25,858 bases of DNA from IMG/VR virus record IMGVR_UViG_3300029258_002279, positions 1-25,858 of that record; one strand, 5' to 3'. This document shows positions 1-8,422 of this stretch, piece after piece. Position 1 is the stretch's first letter. The number at the start of each line of letters is the position of its first letter. A model generated the notes under the pieces. It saw nothing but the letters and a program-made list of their open reading frames with translations, was not told the origin of the DNA and did no database searches. Source of the stretch: a virus. Lineage: Duplodnaviria > Caudoviricetes. The translations under genes were made by a program, and so were the position numbers.

Positions 1-1143
1 CACGGCTGGGACGCTATGCGATATGGCCGTGGAGAAATCAAGGTAATGGGCGGCACAGATTCATCTGCCGATCATTGCACTTTTGTTGGCATGGCTGCAG
101 CAAATGATAGTCAGAATAATAAGTGGGGGTTATTTCAGGAACAGGGCGGAGCTTACTTGTGGAAAGGGTTGATGTCAATCGGAGCTATCGGAGACAGTTC
201 AACAGGGACAGTACCGGTAGATTTCTATGATTCAAACAGGGTTATCTTCATAGATGATACTCCAGTAACATATCCTGATTTCAATAAAATCGAAATAAAC
301 GATGAGGATTCAATAGTCATATGGAATTCAATATCATTCATTGCGCTCGGAACTTATGCACCGGGCAACTTTGAAGTCGTTGACAACGCCGATGTCAACT
401 TTGACGGATGTTCATTTACCGATATGGGGACATTCATCTTCAAGTCAAACAGCTCAATTTTAAATTGCATTTTTCGCGGATGTAATCAAATTACTGCAAA
501 TGGCGCTGATATGACCGGAACAAAGATTTTAATTCCGAACATATCTGAAGAAGACAGCTCCTCAGCATCGCCGGAAACTGCAGCCCTGATATGGAATGTG
601 GCTACAAATCCTGACGGGTATCTTGACAATATGACATTCAGCATCGGAGACGAGCCGCACCATGCCATCGAATTTGGGACACTTTCTCCGACCTCAATGA
701 CGCTCAGGGGAATGACAACAATAGGATTCAGCGCGTCAAACAACGCAGAAGGTTCGACATTTCATGTTAAACGCACGAGCGGAACAGTAACAATAAACGT
801 GGTCGGCGGCATTGGGAACTTTACATACAAGTCCGAAGGAGCCACTGTGGTTATAAATACGGGGAAAACGTTAACTCTAATAGGAATTGAATATGGATCA
901 GAAGTGACAATTGTCAAAACGGGGCAGGACAGTTCTGCAGCTGTCGTGCACCATGAGGAAACCATCGACAGTACCGGGGAAACGGTATATTCGTACGATG
1001 CAGAGATGCAGGGAGAGGGCGTTGATATCTTGATTATGAACTTAGATTTTGAGCCGTTCCTGATCGAAAATTATATCCTGCCAACTTCAGATACGGAATT
1101 ACCTATATCTCAGATCGAAGACAGAGTTTACAGAAACCCGTAA
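1..1143 (+). CDS. Large acidic beta-rich virion protein (5'-truncated; putative head fibre/decoration)
   Basis: Frame 1 is open from base 1 (HGWDAM...), so the true start is probably upstream. Asp/Ser/Thr/Gly-rich, with beta-helix-like stretches (VNFDGCSFTDMG, ILNCIFRGC). Ends DRVYRNP, like the next gene. Confidence 0.7.
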   Translation, partial: HGWDAMRYGRGEIKVMGGTDSSADHCTFVGMAAANDSQNNKWGLFQEQGGAYLWKGLMSIGAIGDSSTGTVPVDFYDSNRVIFIDDTPVTYPDFNKIEINDEDSIVIWNSISFIALGTYAPGNFEVVDNADVNFDGCSFTDMGTFIFKSNSSILNCIFRGCNQITANGADMTGTKILIPNISEEDSSSASPETAALIWNVATNPDGYLDNMTFSIGDEPHHAIEFGTLSPTSMTLRGMTTIGFSASNNAEGSTFHVKRTSGTVTINVVGGIGNFTYKSEGATVVINTGKTLTLIGIEYGSEVTIVKTGQDSSAAVVHHEETIDSTGETVYSYDAEMQGEGVDILIMNLDFEPFLIENYILPTSDTELPISQIEDRVYRNP

Positions 1144-1155
1144 AAGGAGGAAACC

Positions 1156-2736
1156 ATGGCAAAAATTGTAGATCCAGATCAGTTGAACCAGGCAACTGAG
1201 GTAACGATCGATACAACCAACAAGGTTATCGAACTTTCGATAGCCGGAAACCTGGACAACAACTCTCCGGGTAAAACATCCGGTGTGACGATGCAGGCCC
1301 TGTATTCATTTCTCAAAGAAGAATGGCAATCAGATGCATCGTTGAACAAGTTTAAATTTCCACTAAAAGCCCTCACGAAATTTAAATTCGATTTTCAAAA
1401 CGACTGGGGGCCAAGCGAGGATTCTTCAAGCGGAGATACAAGACATCTGATCAGAGATGCTGGCTGGAAGGAAATAGATGATAAAGAATTCGCCTGCATA
1501 ATCTCACTTGGTGACATTGACAATCCAGCTGCCGACCAGGCTTATTATCAGCAGGTCGCGGGATTCGACCAGACAATCACGGATTTTGACAAAACCGGTG
1601 AGCTGAACGAAGCCATTATGACATATGACGGCACATCGGTTGACTACAGGGACTTCCTCAAGATATTCATCCGTGAGCAGGGCAAAACATATCTTGAAGG
1701 CAACCTCATTGTAGATCAGGGCTGGGCAAGCATTGAATATGATGCTTACCGTATGCCGCTTTACAATGAATCTGACCCGAACATATCCACGGCCGACGCA
1801 ACAATCGATTCAGACGCTCCATTTACGAACATGACTCTGGACTTCCTTGTCGGAGATTTGTTTGAAACATGGAATGGATCAGATTCTTATGTCGCAAACA
1901 ACGTCGTTCAGGGAAGTGACGGCAGGTGGTATAGGGCTGTATCGTCATCTACAGGTGTTGATCCAGTTAATTCGTCATCCGGGCCACCGTCTGCAGACTG
2001 GGAAGTTTATCCCGGTGAACGCCTCATCGGTACGAATTACTACGCATTCAACAGAATCATCGATGCTGGCGGGGAAGACAGCGCAGGAGCTGGGACACTT
2101 ACCCAAATTTACGAGTGGGCGCAGCGAATATTAAGAAAATCAACCGACGTCAATGATGATGTGAACGGAGACAGCTACGGAACCGTCTACGGAAAACTTG
2201 CCAAGGATCTCCTATCATTCGTAGGAAGCACTCTGGTCACGCAGCCGGGCGTGTTCATTGATAACTACAATATCAATGACCAGAACGACATGGAGTTTTA
2301 CGACATCACCGTCGACGGCGGCGGGCTGGACACGGAAGACGTGCCGGTAACATCTACCAAGCGCACATTCCCGTTCGTTGCTGCCGGTACGATGGTATTT
2401 TCATCTAACCTGGTTGCAGATGCAGACGCGAAATACTGGATGTATTTTGACAATGCGGGTGGAAATCAGTTCGATACAGCGAATGCCATTCTGGTTGATG
2501 ATAATAATGGAGATGACATCACCGGAAACATCACCCAGCAGAACATTACGTTCGATTTTGATTATACGAACAACGAGCAGGGCGGCAGGACAAAAGGAAC
2601 AGATGCTTCTGTGTGGGTCGTTGCAATGGGCCTTGATGATGCAGAGTGGGTTGCATCTCAATTCTTGATTACTCAGGCAACTGGACTCAGCTTTCCGGTC
2701 AACGCTGCTGATGAAAGGAATTATAGTAATCCCTAA
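1156..2736 (+). CDS. Virion structural protein, 526 aa, with an internal CBM5/12-like segment
   Basis: Strong SD AAAAGGAGG about 6 nt upstream. Very acidic. WNGSDSYVANNVVQGSDGRWYRA...DP...W (about 1870-2010) resembles a small carbohydrate-binding module. N-terminus is similar to ORF 3076. Confidence 0.75.
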   Translation: MAKIVDPDQLNQATEVTIDTTNKVIELSIAGNLDNNSPGKTSGVTMQALYSFLKEEWQSDASLNKFKFPLKALTKFKFDFQNDWGPSEDSSSGDTRHLIRDAGWKEIDDKEFACIISLGDIDNPAADQAYYQQVAGFDQTITDFDKTGELNEAIMTYDGTSVDYRDFLKIFIREQGKTYLEGNLIVDQGWASIEYDAYRMPLYNESDPNISTADATIDSDAPFTNMTLDFLVGDLFETWNGSDSYVANNVVQGSDGRWYRAVSSSTGVDPVNSSSGPPSADWEVYPGERLIGTNYYAFNRIIDAGGEDSAGAGTLTQIYEWAQRILRKSTDVNDDVNGDSYGTVYGKLAKDLLSFVGSTLVTQPGVFIDNYNINDQNDMEFYDITVDGGGLDTEDVPVTSTKRTFPFVAAGTMVFSSNLVADADAKYWMYFDNAGGNQFDTANAILVDDNNGDDITGNITQQNITFDFDYTNNEQGGRTKGTDASVWVVAMGLDDAEWVASQFLITQATGLSFPVNAADERNYSNP

Positions 2737-3092
2737 TGAAAATATCTGACCTGCCAAGACGAAAAGTTAGGTACTGGCTTTTTCGATTCAGGAACGAAGT
2801 CATTGAGGGAGTGTCATCAAATGGCGCGCCGCCCGGACTGAAAAAGCATTTTGAGAGTTTACCTCAATTTACGGGATGGGAAGACTTCGGGGTGAGATGG
2901 GACTTGCCTCACCTCGAAGACTGTTCCCATGGCGGGTGGTACAAAGTCGGAGAGTCATGCTCATGCGCCAATAAAAAAGTTCCACTGATATGTTCACCGA
3001 TCAGGCGATCAATATGGGGCGAATGGCGCAGGACGATTAAAAACGAAGCACCAGTATTTCCGGTAAAGGTGATAAATGGCAGCGAAAGTTAA
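2736..3092 (+). CDS. Hypothetical protein, 118 aa (basic, Cys cluster)
   Basis: Coupled to the upstream stop (TAATG) and overlaps the next start. No family recognised. Confidence 0.65.
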   Translation: MKISDLPRRKVRYWLFRFRNEVIEGVSSNGAPPGLKKHFESLPQFTGWEDFGVRWDLPHLEDCSHGGWYKVGESCSCANKKVPLICSPIRRSIWGEWRRTIKNEAPVFPVKVINGSES

Positions 3093-4497
3093 TTTCAATT
3101 ATACTTCAAAAATAATTGAAGTAACGCAGACTCCAGAGCTTGAAGTCGATTCAGGAGAGTCGTCCGCTACCGGCCAATGGGTTGTCGATATTGATGTAAA
3201 AATTGATATCTACTCAGACGGCAAGGAAGATTGGTTGTCTGATCCGACGTTAAATAAGTTTAATTTTCCGGTTCGGGCAATTGGTGGCCAAGAATTGCCT
3301 GGTGAAAAACAACTCGGCACTACATTCTTTTTGGATTACGGCTGGCGCATCCGCCCATATGAAGGCAACCATGTGCTCAGGGTAAATGGCAATCTGTATA
3401 CCGAAGAAGGCGACAGCCCATTTGTTCAAACACTCGGATCGTATAACGTCATGGTCATTAACACGGTTTCCTCCCTTGTTGATTCCACGGTCCAGCAGCT
3501 TGCAGAAATTGAATTTGCTTCATTCAGCGGCGGCGTGACGGTAGATGTGATCAATGGTTATCCCGGGACTGAATATGGAGACAAGCCCGTAGGAACAGCA
3601 ATCTATCCGTCAAACAACATGACAGACGCTCTATCCATAGCAGTTTCAAGGGGACTCACGACATTTTATATCATTGGAGACATTACCCTCGATTCAGGAA
3701 CAGACTTCCTTGAAATGAATTTCGTCGGAGAGTCCCCGACAAAATCGGTAATAACGATAGACGCAAATGCGGACGTAAAAAACTGTGAATTCTATGATGC
3801 TGAAATTCAGGGGACGCTTGATGGCAATAACGTTCTTCAGAACTGTATGATCGGAACCCTTAACTATGTAAATGGATTTGTAAGACAATGTATTCTGACA
3901 ACAGGGACAATTACATTAGGCGGGAGCGAAGAGGCCCATTTTCTGGACTGCTGGTCAGGTGTGGTTGGAACGGCCACCCCAATCATAGATATGGGCGGGT
4001 CGGGCCAGGATCTCGGGCTCAGAAATTACAACGGGGGCATTCAAATAAACAACCTCACGGGAAGCAGCAAGGCAAACGTGGATCTTAACGCCGGACATAT
4101 AATTATCGACAGCACCGTGTCAAGTGGTGAAGTCGTCGTGCGCGGTGTCGGGCAGATCACAGACAACAGCACCGGAGACGCATCAGTAGATACGGACGGG
4201 CTCTTAAATCCGGACGTTATCACGACAAGAGTGTGGGATGAAGCTACGGCCGACAGGCAGACACCAGGCACGATCGGCGGCGATTATTACAACCTTCTTC
4301 AGGGCTTTTCTTGGATGAACAAAATAATTACCAACAAGAAAACTCTCGAAAAAACCGGCAGCGTCTGGGAACTGATTATTTATGACGATGATAACGTCAC
4401 CCCGATTCTCAGGAAGGACATCAAGGACAAGGATGGAAACAATATCACGGATCTCGAAGCTGGTACGCTGGCGCAGGAGCTGAAATCAGATGTTTAA
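3076..4497 (+). CDS. Virion structural protein, 473 aa, with a beta-helix-like middle region
   Basis: SD AAAGGTG upstream. N-terminal motif shared with ORF 1156. Repetitive beta-strand pattern (VKNCEFYDAEI, LQNCMIG, VRQCIL, FLDCWSG). Confidence 0.75.
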   Translation: MAAKVNFNYTSKIIEVTQTPELEVDSGESSATGQWVVDIDVKIDIYSDGKEDWLSDPTLNKFNFPVRAIGGQELPGEKQLGTTFFLDYGWRIRPYEGNHVLRVNGNLYTEEGDSPFVQTLGSYNVMVINTVSSLVDSTVQQLAEIEFASFSGGVTVDVINGYPGTEYGDKPVGTAIYPSNNMTDALSIAVSRGLTTFYIIGDITLDSGTDFLEMNFVGESPTKSVITIDANADVKNCEFYDAEIQGTLDGNNVLQNCMIGTLNYVNGFVRQCILTTGTITLGGSEEAHFLDCWSGVVGTATPIIDMGGSGQDLGLRNYNGGIQINNLTGSSKANVDLNAGHIIIDSTVSSGEVVVRGVGQITDNSTGDASVDTDGLLNPDVITTRVWDEATADRQTPGTIGGDYYNLLQGFSWMNKIITNKKTLEKTGSVWELIIYDDDNVTPILRKDIKDKDGNNITDLEAGTLAQELKSDV

Positions 4498-4660
4498 CAT
4501 TCAGCCAGGGACAGGACTCGGATTCACAGCCTCAAAGGAAATTGCACTCGGGCTCGGGACTCCGTTTGAAATTGGAGAGGTTATCGTTGAAGTTTTTGAA
4601 AGTGCGTATAGTTTTATAAAAGCATTTATACAAAAAGGTTTTACAAGAGAAACGGTATGA
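4490..4660 (+). CDS. Small hypothetical protein, 56 aa (not in the ORF track)
   Basis: MFNIQPGTGLGFTASKEIALGLGTPFEIGEVIVEVFESAYSFIKAFIQKGFTRETV. AGGAG at 4475-4479. Fills the gap exactly, with ATGA coupling to the next gene. Confidence 0.65.
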   Translation: MFNIQPGTGLGFTASKEIALGLGTPFEIGEVIVEVFESAYSFIKAFIQKGFTRETV

Positions 4661-4986
4661 TAAATAAAATAAACCAGTCGATAAGATTAATGGAATTAAA
4701 TTATCCACTTATCTCTATTCTTAAACATTCACGGTCAAAAAAAGAAGTAGATACGTGTGTCAATGATTTTATTGCCAAGGTAAAAAAACAGAGAAGGTTT
4801 CTTGCAAAAAAGTATCATCCAGACATTTGTAATAACGGAGAAGAAATGATGAAATCAATTAATGCGGCATATGATTTCCTGACAACACTCAAAATAAATT
4901 TCACTCCGCCACGGCCACAGACTGTTTTTTATTATACATATTCGACATATGCATATGATACTACAACCTCAACAGGATATTTTTAA
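4657..4986 (+). CDS. J-domain (DnaJ-type) co-chaperone
   Basis: KKQRRFLAKKYHPD...EEMMKSINAAYDFL is the canonical helix II-HPD-helix III J-domain signature. Confidence 0.85.
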   Translation: MINKINQSIRLMELNYPLISILKHSRSKKEVDTCVNDFIAKVKKQRRFLAKKYHPDICNNGEEMMKSINAAYDFLTTLKINFTPPRPQTVFYYTYSTYAYDTTTSTGYF

Positions 4987-5169
4987 ATGGCAGAGTCAGC
5001 TAAATCGGTAACAAGGACAGAGGAAACCCGCGGGTTTGTGGAAGAAGTTCAGGTTACGGGTTTTTTGAAGCAAGAAACCACACGTGGTTTCTTGCTTGAA
5101 CAAAAACTCATAGCTTTCCTTGTCCCAAAAGAAATCACAGGTTTTTCAAGAGAGGAAACAGATGGCTGA
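4987..5169 (+). CDS. Small 60-aa protein made of 9-aa GF repeats
   Basis: Starts immediately after the upstream stop. ETRGFVEEV/QVTGFLKQE/TTRGFLLEQ/KLIAFLVPK/EITGFSREE periodicity. Confidence 0.65.
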   Translation: MAESAKSVTRTEETRGFVEEVQVTGFLKQETTRGFLLEQKLIAFLVPKEITGFSREETDG

Positions 5170-5551
5170 TATAACTAAACAATCATACGAAGAATTTCGG
5201 ATCCATGCCGACTTCGGGCTGAACATGGAAGCCGGCGAATATCTTCTTCCGCTGGATTCCGGCGGAGATTCGTCAGCCGCAGAAGTGTGTACCGTAAAAT
5301 GCTGGGATGTCAATGGCAATGATGTGACAAACGAAATGCTGGATTACGACACCCTTGCAATCATTGACGGCAATGCAACCGACGATGAAGACAATCCTGG
5401 TTCCGGCATGACGAACGCTGCTTTGCAGGTATTAATCAGGGGCGGGACTGAAGCATTGTCAAATTATAAATACACATTTTATGGCGTCACCACCCTTGAT
5501 CCGCCGAACAAATGGGAGAAAGATATAACCATGAGGGTAAAGGAGATATAA
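5162..5551 (+). CDS. Putative fibre/adaptor virion protein (Ig-like fold suspected)
   Basis: ATG at 5162 with GAGG upstream, preferred over the track's 5120 start. The pattern K..YEEF..HADF....GE.L ... VLIRGG....Y resembles small phage fibre-adaptor proteins (from recollection). Confidence 0.6.
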   Translation: MADITKQSYEEFRIHADFGLNMEAGEYLLPLDSGGDSSAAEVCTVKCWDVNGNDVTNEMLDYDTLAIIDGNATDDEDNPGSGMTNAALQVLIRGGTEALSNYKYTFYGVTTLDPPNKWEKDITMRVKEI

Positions 5552-5552
5552 A

Positions 5553-6068
5553 ATGGCACTCGTAGCAACAGCCGGTGCGTCCAATGCTAACTCATATGCA
5601 ACGCTCAATCAAGCAGAAAGCTACATGGAAAACAGGCTGCATTCGGATAACTGGGATGATTCAAACGATACCGACCGTGAGGCTGCGCTGATCTGGGCAA
5701 CGCAACTGCTCGATCGACTTTGCAACTGGGAAGGCTCAATTGCATCTGAGACGCAAGCGTTGAGGTGGCCGAGATTCTATGTCTATGATCCGGATGGAAA
5801 CTCTGTCGATGAAACTACAATTCCTCAATTCCTGATTGAAGCAACGGCGGAGTTTGCTCTATTCCTAATCGGCTCTGATCTGACAATTACATATGACAGA
5901 TCGACGGCACCGTATAAGCAGCTTGAAGCGGGGCCGTTAAATGTCGTATTCAACACGGGCAGCAATACTGAAATCGTGAAAGATTCGATCATGCCGGTGT
6001 CCGTGTGGGTCATCGTTCGTCCGTATTGCTCAAGGATCGGTGCCAAAAAAATGCTCATAAGGGTGTAA
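5553..6068 (+). CDS. Head-tail adaptor (DnaT-like family phage connector protein)
   Basis: ANSYATL..A..Y...R, E.ALI.AT..LD and QAL.WPR motifs are typical of this connector family. SD AAGGAG. Position precedes head closure. Confidence 0.8.
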   Translation: MALVATAGASNANSYATLNQAESYMENRLHSDNWDDSNDTDREAALIWATQLLDRLCNWEGSIASETQALRWPRFYVYDPDGNSVDETTIPQFLIEATAEFALFLIGSDLTITYDRSTAPYKQLEAGPLNVVFNTGSNTEIVKDSIMPVSVWVIVRPYCSRIGAKKMLIRV

Positions 6069-6069
6069 C

Positions 6070-6429
6070 ATGGGACTTCAGGACACATTCAAAGCGGCCG
6101 CCCAGACCATATTCACGGCACTGGGCGATGTGAAAATATCGGTTACATATCGAATAAGAACGATGGGTTACAGCCCTGCCACAGGGAGAACTTCGCCATC
6201 GGATACCGATTATGCAATCACAAACTGTATCCGAATAGATTACAGGGCGGATGAAATTGACGGCGTTGCGGTAAAACCGAAAGATTTCAAGCTGATGATA
6301 CCCGTTGACGACCTGACACCCACTCCTGAAGTCGATCATTTCATACTGATTGACTCAGTAATACATAATGTTGTAAGCTTTGAAAAAGATCCTGCCGATG
6401 CGGTGTGGACGATACAGGTGAGGGCGTGA
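6070..6429 (+). CDS. Head closure / head-tail joining protein
   Basis: Y.P.TG...D, Y...EIDG..V...D.KL and DPA...W.IQVR motifs; synteny. Confidence 0.75.
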   Translation: MGLQDTFKAAAQTIFTALGDVKISVTYRIRTMGYSPATGRTSPSDTDYAITNCIRIDYRADEIDGVAVKPKDFKLMIPVDDLTPTPEVDHFILIDSVIHNVVSFEKDPADAVWTIQVRA

Positions 6430-6854
6430 TGTTTGAGAAGCAGAAAGAAAAGATAGATCAGATTATTCAGAATAAAATGGTTCGAGTTGCAAATCATATT
6501 TCTAAAAGATTGACAGATAGCGAGGTTCCAGTTGTATCTGGAGAATATCTGTGGTCACATGAGGTAGCAACACATGCACGATCATATCCGAGAGCACAAG
6601 TTGCTGAAATGGAACCACATAAAGCGGACACTGCATTATCCTCAGCGAGTGCATCGGCGTTTAGAGAGCAAAGACACCAAGAATTAAAAGCAAACGCATC
6701 AAGATTAATTAATGCTGGAAACAAGCAAATTGCATTTAACAATAAAGCAAAACATGCAAACTTTGTTGAACATGTTGGATGGAAAAAAACTCCACCATAC
6801 CATGTGTTTAATAAAGCATTTGTATCAACAATGGAAAGAAAAAAATCACTATGA
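6429..6854 (+). CDS. Neck / tail-completion protein (HK97 gp10-like position)
   Basis: TGATG-coupled ATG at 6429. PV.SG.Y..S and FNN.A.HA.FVEH.G motifs; synteny. Confidence 0.65.
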   Translation: MFEKQKEKIDQIIQNKMVRVANHISKRLTDSEVPVVSGEYLWSHEVATHARSYPRAQVAEMEPHKADTALSSASASAFREQRHQELKANASRLINAGNKQIAFNNKAKHANFVEHVGWKKTPPYHVFNKAFVSTMERKKSL

Positions 6855-7243
6855 GCTACGAAGCAGAATCCATAGCGATAGAAAGCAGGTTTGCAACGGC
6901 GTTCACGGGGTGCCCGGTGAAGTATGCAAATGTGGATTACACACCGACAAAGAGAGAGATATTTGCAGAATTGCATGTCATCGTTGCAGATTCAATGAGG
7001 GCAAGTATCGGAGATACGAATCTTCACAGAAATGTCGGGATTATTTCCGTAAATATATATGTGCCGCTACATACGGGGACAGCTGAAGGCAAGGCTTTGG
7101 CGGACACTGCAGCTGCGGTTTTCAGGTCGCAGAGTTTTAATGGCATCACCTGCAGGAGCCCAAAGGTTGTTGAGGTTGGTGAGGTCGGCGAGTGGTATGT
7201 TATTAATATGAGCGTTCCTTATTACCGTGATGAAAGCTTCTAA
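6851..7243 (+). CDS. Tail terminator protein
   Basis: ATGA coupling. V.Y.N....P, SIG....R..G...V.IYVP..TG and LAD....F motifs. Lies just before the tail tube. Confidence 0.75.
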   Translation: MSYEAESIAIESRFATAFTGCPVKYANVDYTPTKREIFAELHVIVADSMRASIGDTNLHRNVGIISVNIYVPLHTGTAEGKALADTAAAVFRSQSFNGITCRSPKVVEVGEVGEWYVINMSVPYYRDESF

Positions 7244-7373
7244 AAAAAACAAATGCAGAGGTTGCGGCAATCCATGTGAAAAAGAATATTGTGACACATG
7301 TGAATCGTGGCTTGCTATGAAGCTTGACATCATAAAGGAACAAGAAACCAAAGGAGGAAACAACAATGAGTGA
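7230..7373 (+). CDS. Small zinc-ribbon protein, 47 aa (not in the ORF track)
   Basis: MKASKKNKCRGCGNPCEKEYCDTCESWLAMKLDIIKEQETKGGNNNE has two CxxC pairs. Bridges the terminator-tube gap, overlapping both genes. Confidence 0.55.
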   Translation: MKASKKNKCRGCGNPCEKEYCDTCESWLAMKLDIIKEQETKGGNNNE

Positions 7374-8307
7374 TGCTAACCGAGTAGGACTTCGTTACAT
7401 CGAAGAAACAACCTGGAATTCACTGCCAGCAGCACCGGCCATGACCCCGATTCGGTACACAGGTGAATCCATGATTCCGTCGGTGGAGAATATTGTATCC
7501 GCTGAAATTCGGGACGACCGGATGATAACGGATCTCATCCAGGTTTCACGGTCAAACACCGGCGGGTTCGAAATTGAGCTTTCCGCTGGCACATTCGACG
7601 AGCTGATTGCAGGTGCCCTGTTTTCCGACTGGGTAGGCGACAGTTCTTCATCCGGAGATATAATCAGAAATGGCGTAACGCGCCATTCGTTCAGTATTGA
7701 AAAAGCTTTGCTGGACATTGATGAATATTTCCTTTTCACCGGCATGATGGTCAATTCAATGACATGGACGCTTGCCACCAGCTCCATTGCCACCGGGTCT
7801 TTCGACATGCTCGGGAGCGGTGCGACGCTCGGACAGACCACAAACGCGAACAGCGTCAACGCCGCGTCCACCACTGCGGTTCTGAACTGTATGGGCAACG
7901 TTGCATCATTGAAGGAAGGCTCTTCGCTCACCACCATGGCGGGCATTTATGTGCAGGAACTTTCATTCACCGTTGCCAACAACCTGCGTCCGGTCCACCA
8001 GATCGGATCAAACACCATTGCTGAAATTGCGGTAGGTAAATGCGACATCACGGGGACGCTTAACGCTTATTTCACCAATGACCGTTTGTTCGATCAGTTC
8101 CTCGCCGGAACTGCCACACAGATCGAATTCAAAATCATGGATGGCGCGGGCAATTATTATACCGTCCTGTTTCCTGAAGTTAAATTCGAGACCGAAAGCG
8201 TGGTGGCTCCAGGGCAGGATCAGGATGTCATTGAGAACTTGACATGGCGTGCATTACGGGATGCGACTGAAGATGCCATGATCAAGATAACTCGAAACTT
8301 AGTCTAA
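7366..8307 (+). CDS. Major tail tube protein
   Basis: Strong SD AAAGGAGG. LRYIEETTW, R.TGES, SAEIRDDR, SFSIEK and ITGTL.AYF motifs of siphovirus tube proteins. Upstream of chaperones and tape measure. Confidence 0.85.
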   Translation: MSDANRVGLRYIEETTWNSLPAAPAMTPIRYTGESMIPSVENIVSAEIRDDRMITDLIQVSRSNTGGFEIELSAGTFDELIAGALFSDWVGDSSSSGDIIRNGVTRHSFSIEKALLDIDEYFLFTGMMVNSMTWTLATSSIATGSFDMLGSGATLGQTTNANSVNAASTTAVLNCMGNVASLKEGSSLTTMAGIYVQELSFTVANNLRPVHQIGSNTIAEIAVGKCDITGTLNAYFTNDRLFDQFLAGTATQIEFKIMDGAGNYYTVLFPEVKFETESVVAPGQDQDVIENLTWRALRDATEDAMIKITRNLV

Positions 8308-8330
8308 CATGTCCAACGGACATGTTAGAC
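8302..8330. repeat. Perfect 13-bp inverted repeat overlapping the tube stop codon
   Basis: GTCTAACATGTCC-AAC-GGACATGTTAGAC, followed by CAATTTT. Confidence 0.85.
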
Positions 8331-8336
8331 CAATTT

Positions 8337-8405
8337 TAGGGCCAGGATAACCTTGGTTTACCCCGTGCCAGAAATGTTCCAATATTGAATGGTGTCCTGG
8401 CCCTA
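8337..8405. repeat. Second long-range inverted repeat in the tube-acetyltransferase intergenic region
   Basis: TAGGGCCAGGA (8337-8347) pairs perfectly with TCCTGGCCCTA (8395-8405) and extends inward with a G-U pair. Confidence 0.75.
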
Positions 8406-8422
8406 TACCCAAAGGCCACTAC

